From positions 3,540 to 67,539 of the forward strand of contig JBJYWI010000157.1 in the NCBI GenBank assembly GCA_046259385.1: a DNA stretch of 64,000 nucleotides. The letters run 5' to 3'. Below, in pieces: positions 15,910-24,210 of the stretch. Both the position numbers and the translations under genes were made by a program. The stretch's first letter is position 1. Every line of letters starts with the position of its first letter. Below the pieces are notes generated by a model. It was given only the letters and a program-made list of their open reading frames with translations, was not told where the DNA came from and searched no databases. The stretch is from Anaerolineales bacterium. GTDB taxonomy: Bacteria; Chloroflexota; Anaerolineae; Anaerolineales; UBA4823.

Positions 15910-18249
15910 TCACCCTTTGGATTGTGACCATTTCGGGAGTGTACTGTCCTGCGTGGCAGCCGCGAAGGTTTGAGGCGCGTATAATCCCGCTCCGCCAGAA
16001 GTGAACAGGCTTGAAGCGACGGCCTGGGTGTAACCATTCAGCCGTTCTTCAAGTTTTGTTCTGCTGACACCGAACGGTTCCAGGACGGATACAGACGCAC
16101 GCAAAAGCAGTTCCCTGTAGTAGGCAAAATCGAGGGTGGAAGGGTCTGGAGGCATGGGCAGGTCCCAGGCATGAACTCCTGGCTCGCCGCGCGTGTATAG
16201 AAAGCGCACTTTCTGACCGGCACGCAGCGTCTTTCCGACTGCCTTTAGCTGGGCCGCAGCACGCGCGGGAGGAGAGGGCACCCGGTATTCATCAAGCTCA
16301 CGGCTCAGTTTCTGGCTAACAAGCAGTTCACTGACCGGCACCGCACCAGCGCGCAAGAGTCTCAGCTTCCTGCGCAGCAGCTCGTAGACGCGCTCCAGGC
16401 TGGCGCCATCTACTGCGCGCTCAGCCGAGGCAAGCATCCGCAGGATTTTAAGCTGCGTATTTGTGATAAAGGGAGGGGAGTCGCGCCGGCGGGCTTCAAT
16501 CCCGCGTACCTTAATCGAGCCATCTTGGAAAACCCCGAAATAGCGGTTAGCGACCGGTACGCGTGCATCCAGGCGGGAGGGCAGGAACGCCACCCAGCGG
16601 TAGATCCCATCCAGCGCGATCGGGAGCCCGGTCTGCTCAGCGATTGTCTCCAGCAGGGGCTGCATGTCTTCAACGGTCCGGACGCCGGGTTTTTTAACCC
16701 ACATTCCATCCACATACATGTGAAGCACACTGAAGCCAAGATCCTCCGCCGCCTCTTTTGCTCTCAGCAGCGCCTCCCGGCTATATGCCGTAACCGCTTC
16801 ATGGGCTTCAATGCGCCCGAACCGGGCGTTCTTGTACCCAAGATAGCCGAAACAGGTCACCAGCAGCCATTTCTGGGCTGAAGCGCGGGCTTCATATGAC
16901 TTGCAGCGCGGGTTCCAGCGCGGCGTGGAGGCCAATCGGTTTTTGAAAGCCAGCCGTTTTCCGAGCAGTGGGGCAAGCGTGCGCGGTACCAGACCGGGTT
17001 CATCCCCCATGCCGGGTGTTTCGATACGCTCAAGCTTTCCGGGTTTTGGCTTTCGGGCGCCGGCCGTCTCGGGAGATATGTTGAAATGCACCATGATGCC
17101 GGGGTACATGGAGATAAAATCGATCCCGGCGACATCGTGGTGCAGCCCGGTGATGGGCTGGTAGACAAGCCCTCCCTGGTCGGCGGCAAACATCTCCAGC
17201 GCAGTTTTCGGGCGCTCTGCCTGCTGTTTGTGCCAGGGTACCAGCACACCCATGCGCAGAGCGGTGAGTATCTGCATTGATGAGATCGCTGTGCCGGGTG
17301 AGACGCGTGCTGCGGTCTGCAGCGGCAGGGATGAGACGCGCGCCACCTCCAGTGAACCCTCCAGTTCGTAATCGTCCCAGAGCATTACATTACGGCCGTC
17401 AAGATGCAAGCGGCCAAACAGGTGCACCTGCTGGCCGCGGTAGATCACCTGACCATAAGAAAAGTAAGTATGCTCAGGTCGGTGCGCAACACCGCAGCCC
17501 GGATCGCGGTTGAGCGGCAGGGGGATTCCGCACCGCCGAGAACATTCAAGCAGATGCGGCAGGATCCAGGTGTCTCCCCAGGAGGTAAGAATAAGGTCGG
17601 GGTCGTGGCGCGTCAGTATAGCGCTCAGGTTGACAAGCAGCGGGCGCTCAGGTTTCAACGCGAGACGGTAGGCGTAACGCTCAAAGTTAACCAGCAAAGA
17701 ACCGGGCTGCAGCCGGGCCGGGTCGCTGTCAGGCCTCATGCGCAGGATCCGCAGCGGCGGCGCGGGCGCATCAAGTTCCCAGGGGGAATCAAGTGTTTTG
17801 ATGTCCTTGATCCAATTTTCACTGTCGGTCACCACCCGGCAGCGGGCCAGCGGAAAGGTGTTATGCACAGCCGCGTGGCGCAGGGCAAGCTGAATGTCAG
17901 AATCGTAGTAGGTCAGGTCCGGGAAGTCCCGCGCGACGCTGTGGAACAGGGGGGGCAGTTCTGCCGGCTGGTTGACCTGGATGGAGAGCAGGGATAACGG
18001 CTCCCTGTGAAAAAGCTCCCGCCGCCTGGCGCGCGAGAGTTCCAACTTGAGGGGCATATTTTGCAGGTGCCGCCAAAGCAGGCGCAGGCGGGGAGTTGGA
18101 CCATCCGCATAGAAGGTCACCGGGAAGTGCTGGCGCAGGCGGTAACGTCCCCCATCCTCTCCCAGAAACCAGATCACAATGCCGTCGTGCTGGTGGGCGT
18201 AAATATCCAGGAACCAGCCAGTGCGTTCGATAGCAGGCGCGTCAGCCAT
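15910..18249 (-). CDS. B-family DNA polymerase, exonuclease motifs degenerate, non-canonical motif C
   Basis: Motif A is GGLVYQPITGLHHDVAGIDFISMYPGIM. The motif-B-like segment is QKWLLVTCFGYLGY. Motif C reads VLHMYVDGMWV. The KxY region is VANRYFGVFQDGSIKVRGIEARRRD. The start is taken at the ATG at 18249 (MADAPAIERTGWFLDIY), 7 nt after the stop of the upstream ORF. Confidence 0.8.
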   Translation of the reverse strand: MADAPAIERTGWFLDIYAHQHDGIVIWFLGEDGGRYRLRQHFPVTFYADGPTPRLRLLWRHLQNMPLKLELSRARRRELFHREPLSLLSIQVNQPAELPPLFHSVARDFPDLTYYDSDIQLALRHAAVHNTFPLARCRVVTDSENWIKDIKTLDSPWELDAPAPPLRILRMRPDSDPARLQPGSLLVNFERYAYRLALKPERPLLVNLSAILTRHDPDLILTSWGDTWILPHLLECSRRCGIPLPLNRDPGCGVAHRPEHTYFSYGQVIYRGQQVHLFGRLHLDGRNVMLWDDYELEGSLEVARVSSLPLQTAARVSPGTAISSMQILTALRMGVLVPWHKQQAERPKTALEMFAADQGGLVYQPITGLHHDVAGIDFISMYPGIMVHFNISPETAGARKPKPGKLERIETPGMGDEPGLVPRTLAPLLGKRLAFKNRLASTPRWNPRCKSYEARASAQKWLLVTCFGYLGYKNARFGRIEAHEAVTAYSREALLRAKEAAEDLGFSVLHMYVDGMWVKKPGVRTVEDMQPLLETIAEQTGLPIALDGIYRWVAFLPSRLDARVPVANRYFGVFQDGSIKVRGIEARRRDSPPFITNTQLKILRMLASAERAVDGASLERVYELLRRKLRLLRAGAVPVSELLVSQKLSRELDEYRVPSPPARAAAQLKAVGKTLRAGQKVRFLYTRGEPGVHAWDLPMPPDPSTLDFAYYRELLLRASVSVLEPFGVSRTKLEERLNGYTQAVASSLFTSGGAGLYAPQTFAAATQDSTLPKWSQSKG

Positions 18250-18256
18250 ATCTGCA

Positions 18257-18532
18257 TCAGCTGCCCTTGTTTCCGCGCTCAGCCAGTAAGTCCTCAAGCA
18301 TACTGCGCAGCTGGAGCACCTGCTTGTGTTCTTCAATCAGCATGGCGAGCAGGAAGCTTTCGAACGGGAGCGAATGGGCTGCATATGCCGCGGCGGAAAG
18401 GTGCTGGCGGGCTGAAGCGAACAGGTCGTCCAGAACCAGCTGGTCGCTGCGCCTCAGTGCCCGCCGGAAGCGGTTAAATGATTCCTGCTCCTGCAGGAAA
18501 GCCATGGTGATTGAAGGCAGCGTGCGTCCCAT
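18257..18532 (-). CDS. Hypothetical 91-aa helical protein, middle gene of the PolB cassette
   Basis: It fills the gap between the two flanking genes almost exactly (8 nt and 7 nt spacers) on the same strand. Its GC content matches the island. No family was recognised. Confidence 0.5.
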   Translation of the reverse strand: MGRTLPSITMAFLQEQESFNRFRRALRRSDQLVLDDLFASARQHLSAAAYAAHSLPFESFLLAMLIEEHKQVLQLRSMLEDLLAERGNKGS

Positions 18533-18540
18533 GAGAGCTC

Positions 18541-19200
18541 CTAAGGCAGCAGGGGCATCTGGCCTGAATCCTGCGGCTGGTGGAACACAAACTGGTCAGC
18601 CGCGTCCTGGATAATCTCAAGGATGCCGGTTGGGTCCGTGCGGGGTGGGCGCGGCGGGCGCACGCTGACAGCGACGGTCGCATATCGGCTCAAACGGCGC
18701 AGGTGACCGGCGCATTTGTGCGCCAGCCGGCGGCGCTCCTCCAGGTTTACGCTTTCATCATAAAATGTGTCCAGCAGGTCAATGACAAGCGTTGGAGCTT
18801 TTTGGCAGGGCGAGTTCTCAAGCAGTGAGAGCACTTGGTGGCAGGTAAAGGCGCGCGCCACGTGGATGCGGCTCAGCGCCCGGGTCTGGTCCAGCGTGCC
18901 GGACCGGCGCAGCTCGCGCGCCACTGTGTAGGCGTTGAAGCGGTTGCCTCCGTCGAGGACGCGCAGCCGGCCGCGTTGGGCCATCCGGGCAGCAAGCGTG
19001 AGCATGTACTGACTCACTGCGTGCGGGCCAGCGATCACCAGCAGTTCCCTTTTACCGGGGCGCGGGGGCGTGAATTCGAGCTCAGCAGCCTGCCTGGGGG
19101 TGAGCGTAAAGGAAGTGTCCATGCGCCCAGAATAACGCATGTGGGACGCGCGCGCAATTCCCCAATGTGTGAGGGCTGGGGTCAGAAGCGGGTTAGTCAA
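18541..19200 (-). CDS. RecA/KaiC-fold protein with degenerate Walker A (ImuA-like by architecture)
   Basis: The motif order matches a RecA-type core. LLVIAGPHAVSQYMLTLAA sits where the P-loop should be, but without GK[ST]. RVLDGGNRFNAY and IHVARAFTCHQVLSLLE follow. TLVIDLLDTFY is Walker-B-like. Confidence 0.55.
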   Translation of the reverse strand: MTNPLLTPALTHWGIARASHMRYSGRMDTSFTLTPRQAAELEFTPPRPGKRELLVIAGPHAVSQYMLTLAARMAQRGRLRVLDGGNRFNAYTVARELRRSGTLDQTRALSRIHVARAFTCHQVLSLLENSPCQKAPTLVIDLLDTFYDESVNLEERRRLAHKCAGHLRRLSRYATVAVSVRPPRPPRTDPTGILEIIQDAADQFVFHQPQDSGQMPLLP

Positions 19201-19397
19201 TCAGGCGTCCCATGGGTGGGGGAGTGGGTAACGGGAGGACCAACTGTGGGCGGCAGATTTTTTTAAGTTTTTTGCCGGTGACCTCAAAAACCCCTGTTGT
19301 TTATTCGCAATGCATCTTACTGCTCTTCGCAATTATGTTCCCGGTAGTCCGAGGGCTCTGAACAAAGCAACTGAAACCTGCTGAAGAGAAAATTGTA

Positions 19398-20891
19398 TTA
19401 ATCTAGGTCCTTGCGAATGTACAACCTGTACCCCCGGTTTTTGTGTACCAGATTGTAGTTTTGATTTAAGTATTCTTCCAGGTTATCGAACTCAAAAAAC
19501 ACCAGCAGAACCTGTTCTGGTTTGTATTTCTTTACAGTATCGAGGATCTCCTCCTCAGTTAGACTCCCTGTATTTAGGCGCTTTTCGGAGAATGTCGCCA
19601 GGTTTGGCGGGACGGGTTTGCGTATGAGAAATGCATATAGGGGCATATCCGTGACAACCCAATTTGTCCTGGATGCGTATTCGCGCATGATAAGGTAAAC
19701 ATTCAATTTATGCTGGGGAGCTTTTACCTCAAAGCCGCTCAAGCGGGGTCTTTTATATATTTCTCTTTTGAATTGTGGGTAGGAATTGAAGGTCAGGAAC
19801 AGCAAACCAATTAAGGCAAGGATGCTTAAACCAGCTTGTATCCCCAGGAAATTTTTTGATTGGGGGAGATTCGCTAACCATATGACCCCTTCCCCAGCTG
19901 CGATTGATCCTAACATAACGACGGGTATACTGACAAGCAATTGCTGGTGATACCAGACCGGGGAATAAGAGTTGAGCAGCAGATATGCTGTAAGAGCCCA
20001 GAATACCAGGTAAAGCGTCAGCCAGCGTTTGTTGAAAATTGTAAAAAGAACGCCCAATAATCCCAAAATTCCAAAAGGTAAAAACCCGCGCAGATGGTAA
20101 TTAATTGTGTTGCGAACGATCTTGAAGGTTTCAACCGAATCTGCTGTCAGATGGGGTTGGATGATATCCATTAAATTTCCAGGTCCAACCAATATCATTG
20201 AAAGTACGATTGCAAATCCTCCAAAACTCAATCCCCAGATGATCCCTGGTCTGAACCATGTGGTTGAAATACCCTGGTTTTTAGACCTGAATATCTGGTC
20301 TGTTGTTATTCCAATAAGGAAAATTGGTGCAAGAAATCCTGTGAATAACTTGATGAGCACAGATATGCCAAGCGAGAGTCCGGAAAGAACAAGCCAGTAG
20401 TCCCGCCGGTAAATATGCCAGAGAAAAAGAAATAATAAGGATAATGAAGCCATCGCTAGGGCGGGAAGCCCTATCATAATAGAGACGCTCAATTGCATGT
20501 AATATGGGGTGAACAACAGCAGTGGAAGTAACAGTATGGTGTGAATGCTGCCCCAGGTGAACTGGATTATTTGGGCTAAAGACCAGACCATTAAAACCGA
20601 AAACAGCAGAACTAGGATTCTCCCGGGTGTTACACTGATTCCTAAAGTTCGTATAACTCCTGCCAGCAGATAGGTGAAAAGTGGGGGTTGGTCGCTTGAT
20701 ATCTGCTCATAGAGGGGGTACCCGTTTGAGAGCAGCGTGCTCCTGATAAGGTTAAATCCCTCATCCACATCAAATTGGAGTTTTTCCCGGAATGGGAAAA
20801 ATAAGAACACAAATCCAAAAAATACCAGCGCAACCAGAACCGGAATTACAATGTTGAGGAGTTTTTCCCGTGGAAATTTCAGGGGTGACAT
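19398..20891 (-). CDS. GT-C membrane glycosyltransferase (ArnT/PMT-like, GT39/GT83 type)
   Basis: It is a polytopic protein. The first loop has the motif FDVDEGFNLIRSTLLSNGYPLY...DQPPLFTYLL, typical of ArnT/PMT_2 enzymes. Confidence 0.6.
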   Translation of the reverse strand: MSPLKFPREKLLNIVIPVLVALVFFGFVFLFFPFREKLQFDVDEGFNLIRSTLLSNGYPLYEQISSDQPPLFTYLLAGVIRTLGISVTPGRILVLLFSVLMVWSLAQIIQFTWGSIHTILLLPLLLFTPYYMQLSVSIMIGLPALAMASLSLLFLFLWHIYRRDYWLVLSGLSLGISVLIKLFTGFLAPIFLIGITTDQIFRSKNQGISTTWFRPGIIWGLSFGGFAIVLSMILVGPGNLMDIIQPHLTADSVETFKIVRNTINYHLRGFLPFGILGLLGVLFTIFNKRWLTLYLVFWALTAYLLLNSYSPVWYHQQLLVSIPVVMLGSIAAGEGVIWLANLPQSKNFLGIQAGLSILALIGLLFLTFNSYPQFKREIYKRPRLSGFEVKAPQHKLNVYLIMREYASRTNWVVTDMPLYAFLIRKPVPPNLATFSEKRLNTGSLTEEEILDTVKKYKPEQVLLVFFEFDNLEEYLNQNYNLVHKNRGYRLYIRKDLD

Positions 20892-21040
20892 CTTTCAAGT
20901 ATACTCGGTTGGCAGGATGTTTATATAGCAATTGTAAGTAACAAGTTCACAGGTTTATTACATATTGCCGGGAGTTCATCCTTTGTCGGATGGGGGAAAA
21001 TATTGCCATCCGGGTTTGAGTGATTGAAACAGGGGGGATA

Positions 21041-23092
21041 CTACTCGCAGTTGAATTTGCTATTTATCCGTTCCAGGACCTGCTCTTGCTCTACGGTTGG
21101 TTCGCTGCTTTCCTTGATTCTTCCCCATATTGAGCATAAAAGAGGATTAAGCCTGCGGGTTTTGCTGTGGGCAAGTTTAGATAATTTCTCAGCCTTTTCC
21201 CAATCGCCGCTCCTACCGAGCCCTTCAATAAAAGGAAGCAGTTCAAATCCATCTCCGGGTTTAATACCCTTGTCGACAGTCGTGGTCCATAACTCAGTTA
21301 TCTGCTCCCAATCCTTGAGCTGGCGAGCCAGGTCGGCTTGTTGATAGTAATAGCACCACGTATCCATTTGTTCGTTTCCAAAGATTTCCACTGGTTTTGG
21401 ACTTTCTAGTGGTGAGGTTGTTATTATCCGATCGAGATTTGAGATAACCCCTACTTCACGAGTGATTTCCGGTAAGTTATCAAAGTCAGCGTCTTCGGGG
21501 CGGATTACCCACAAGCAGTGACCGCTGTCAGGTTTATAGTTAATGACCAGGCTGTCCAGGCTATTTCCCTGAAATCGCGACGAGTATTGCGAGTCTCTCA
21601 ATTCAATGCCATCTATCAGGTCTGCCCGGTTTTCGTTAAAGTTGCGATATAAACTGTAATACCAGTAGTTCAAATCCCGACCTGGATTTTCTTTCGGATA
21701 AAGTGTGTTAAGTGCAAACTGGGTGGGGTATTCACCCATAAATTCAAACAATTCATTGTCTGAGAAAATTGTGGTTCCTGCCTGTATATACGGCGCTCGC
21801 CAGCGGAGCTGGGTATAAAAATTCTTCTGATCATTCCAAGCCCAGCGGAATTGGTTTGTATTCGAAAAATGCCATGCAATTGAAAGTCCGGTGATTGCGC
21901 TTAGTAGGATTATCTGTGTTTTCTGATTCGATATCAGTATTTCTATCAAGGCGACTGTAAGCAGGCTTGCCCCTACCATACTCGCCATGCCGAACCTGTC
22001 GCTCCAAAGCGGGTTTTTTAATGAAATGAATTGGTCCGTTATCCATCCTGGTATCGGACCGAGCAATACCAGGAAAAAACCAAGCGCAACAGCTTGTTTT
22101 TGCCATTGTTTCTGGTTAAGCGGTGGCTGTCCCCCATTTTCATTAACGGTTATCTTGGTGAAATAGAAGAAAAGTCCAATCGCTGCGCCAGCAGCTAGAA
22201 GGACTGCTGCTATTGATGCAGGTTGGGTGAAACGGTAAAGGTCCGGGTTGACCAGTTCTCGTAATGGAGCACCTATAATCGTGACCAGATCCATCAAAAC
22301 TGATTCGAGGGTGTATCCAGCGGTGTTAACAGGCGCTTCGAGAAAACGGTAAAGCAGCCAGAGTGCGTTTCGCTCTGCGCCGGAGGGTGGGCGAGGGATT
22401 AAGAACAATCTGAATATTATGTAAAAGAGGATCAGAACCAGATAAGGCAGCCAGTATTTCACAGCTTGTTTCAAATTAGCTTTCCAATTTTTCTCGTTTT
22501 CCGAAAATATTATCCATAATAAAACAGGCCTGATCAATTCCAATCCAACGAAATATTCAATAATTACCAGGTGAAGAGCAGAAGTTATCAGGGAGAGGCA
22601 GGTGAAAAGGAAAACATATTTCTGCTTTCTCCTAACAGCAAGAAGCATGAACCAAATTGAAATTGAATAGAAGAAGAAACCGGTCCAGTGAATGGAATAG
22701 ATTAAAGCAAGCGGCTGAAGTTTAAATAAAGGGTAAACAGCGAAAAGGATCGCGGTCCAGGCTGCCTCTCTCTGGCGGGTGGGCCAGATTTCTTTGAATG
22801 CCAGCCAGATAAATACTACTGTCAGCGTTCGCATGACAAACGAGTAGATGTGCCACGATATGGGTTGAAAGCCCCATAGTCTAAAGCCAAGCATAAAAAT
22901 TATGGATGCGAACGGGCGGTTGTCAAATACAAATAACTCCCACAAACTGTTTAAGCCCCGCCGGAATCCATAGTAAATCGGGTGCCAATCATCCTGGTAA
23001 TATCCCAGCGCTGGGATCAGTAAACCAAATGCCAGAATGCATATGCATGCCAGCAGGATAGGAACGGTCTTCGATAAACGGAGTTTTTGCAT
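21041..23092 (-). CDS. Large polytopic membrane protein with C-terminal soluble domain, putative GT-C glycosyltransferase
   Basis: It has more than 12 predicted TM helices and an early loop YYQDDWHPIYYG. A soluble C-terminal domain of about 200 aa follows. It is adjacent to another GT-C gene. The family assignment is tentative. Confidence 0.4.
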   Translation of the reverse strand: MQKLRLSKTVPILLACICILAFGLLIPALGYYQDDWHPIYYGFRRGLNSLWELFVFDNRPFASIIFMLGFRLWGFQPISWHIYSFVMRTLTVVFIWLAFKEIWPTRQREAAWTAILFAVYPLFKLQPLALIYSIHWTGFFFYSISIWFMLLAVRRKQKYVFLFTCLSLITSALHLVIIEYFVGLELIRPVLLWIIFSENEKNWKANLKQAVKYWLPYLVLILFYIIFRLFLIPRPPSGAERNALWLLYRFLEAPVNTAGYTLESVLMDLVTIIGAPLRELVNPDLYRFTQPASIAAVLLAAGAAIGLFFYFTKITVNENGGQPPLNQKQWQKQAVALGFFLVLLGPIPGWITDQFISLKNPLWSDRFGMASMVGASLLTVALIEILISNQKTQIILLSAITGLSIAWHFSNTNQFRWAWNDQKNFYTQLRWRAPYIQAGTTIFSDNELFEFMGEYPTQFALNTLYPKENPGRDLNYWYYSLYRNFNENRADLIDGIELRDSQYSSRFQGNSLDSLVINYKPDSGHCLWVIRPEDADFDNLPEITREVGVISNLDRIITTSPLESPKPVEIFGNEQMDTWCYYYQQADLARQLKDWEQITELWTTTVDKGIKPGDGFELLPFIEGLGRSGDWEKAEKLSKLAHSKTRRLNPLLCSIWGRIKESSEPTVEQEQVLERINSKFNCE

Positions 23093-23196
23093 TTATTCTT
23101 CAATCCGGTTCTTATTGATAGGAGATGGAACAATGAGCTTATTAAACCTGATTGTCATGTGATATGCAAGGGGGGTATACCAGGCAAAGAGCTGGT

Positions 23197-23955
23197 TTAA
23201 AATCTCAATGACATGCAGGTCAAGCCGCCGTCCATCTTCAGTGCTTCACTGACATCTAACTGGATTATGGGAATCCCGCTTGCATTCAGTTTTTCCGCTG
23301 CTGAAGGATAACCAAAGGGTACGAGCAGATGACAATTAATCCAGAGTGAATTTGCCGCTGGTGTCTCATCGGGTCCGAGCACAATTTTTTGGTAAGGTCT
23401 AAAATCCTCCAAACTTGCATACCTGCCAGTGGTGATAAGGGTGTTTTCGCCAATATAATTGACGGAAGATTTCAGGTGCAGCCCGCCAATCACTTCAATT
23501 GGCGACCAACTATATCCCTGTTTTTCCAGAATAACTCCAAGCTGATTAGCTCCAGAAAGGTTTGTGCGCTTTGAGATGCCGATAAAGAAATTATTCTCAA
23601 CTGCAAGTACGTCCCCGCCATCCAGCGTGCCAGGAGCTGAGATTCGCGAAATTTTCCGGAACTTTGAGAGCGTTTTTTCTATTGAACTGGTTTCACCCCT
23701 CCTGGTGGCAGCGCCCGGGTTGGTAATGATTGCAATTTCGGGAGTAACAACTGCTGTGTCCTCTACGAAGTATCCATCCGGGCAGTCAGCGAGAGGATCG
23801 AGCAGTATTACATCAAGCCCGAGGGATTTTAGTGTTTCAGTATATTGATAATGCTGCTTAACCATCAAATCGAATTTTGGCTCTCCCAGGTTCGCGGTTG
23901 TTATGCCTTCGTGAAAATTTTTTCCAGGTTTGCGGGCGATCGCGTATGTGTACAT
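23197..23955 (-). CDS. Dimethylarginine dimethylaminohydrolase-like protein (amidinotransferase/DDAH superfamily)
   Basis: It is 252 aa. It contains GYFVEDTAVV and LHLKS, and the C-terminal nucleophile context is MDGGLTCMSLRF. Confidence 0.7.
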   Translation of the reverse strand: MYTYAIARKPGKNFHEGITTANLGEPKFDLMVKQHYQYTETLKSLGLDVILLDPLADCPDGYFVEDTAVVTPEIAIITNPGAATRRGETSSIEKTLSKFRKISRISAPGTLDGGDVLAVENNFFIGISKRTNLSGANQLGVILEKQGYSWSPIEVIGGLHLKSSVNYIGENTLITTGRYASLEDFRPYQKIVLGPDETPAANSLWINCHLLVPFGYPSAAEKLNASGIPIIQLDVSEALKMDGGLTCMSLRF

Positions 23956-24045
23956 GCAAGGTACTCCAACCCTTTCAGTTTTACAACCTTGGGTGATTTA
24001 AGTCAATTTATTTTACTTATAAATGTCAGTATTAACTACCTTAAA

Positions 24046-24074
24046 TTGACACTTATATTTTGCCCATATATAAT
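24046..24074 (+). promoter_or_regulatory. Consensus sigma70-type promoter upstream of the kor operon
   Basis: TTGACA (24046-24051), an exactly 17-nt spacer, then TATAAT (24069-24074). Confidence 0.6.
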
Positions 24075-24154
24075 AAAACTACTCGTGAAATATTAAAAAA
24101 AACTGAGCATAAAAAACGACAAATGAGCTTATTCGCTCGTTGGATAGCGACCTC

Positions 24155-24210
24155 AACCGCCCGCAAACACAAAGTTATCGCTGGTAATTTTTGTAAGGGC
24201 GGTTTTTGTT
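24155..24210 (+). promoter_or_regulatory. Terminator-like hairpin with U-tract inside the kor leader (attenuator, riboswitch expression platform or sRNA end)
   Basis: Stem aaccgccc (24155-24162) pairs with gggcggtt (24197-24204). An inner acaaa/tttgt pairing extends it. The hairpin runs into TTTTTG and lies about 125 nt after the predicted start site and 26 nt before the korD ATG. Confidence 0.4.

Noticed and set aside
15860-19260. Possibility that the island is a prophage, casposon or self-replicating transposon
   Set aside because: I could find no integrase, transposase, Cas1, terminal protein, capsid or terminase gene, no flanking direct or inverted repeats, and no tRNA at either boundary. 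It is therefore treated as a cargo-only island.
16525-19266. Plus-strand ORFs inside the GC-rich island (for example 17404..17997, 18007..18477, 18267..18614, 18835..19266)
   Set aside because: They are antisense to the PolB, small-ORF and RecA-like genes, rich in Arg, Gly, Pro and Ala, and lack motifs. Long stop-free antisense frames are expected in 60-70% GC DNA.
19201-19397. Search for a LexA/SOS box (GAAC-N4-GTTC type) upstream of the cassette
   Set aside because: The only pattern present is GTTC...N19...GAAC (19337-19363), which has the wrong orientation and spacing. No SOS regulation is claimed.
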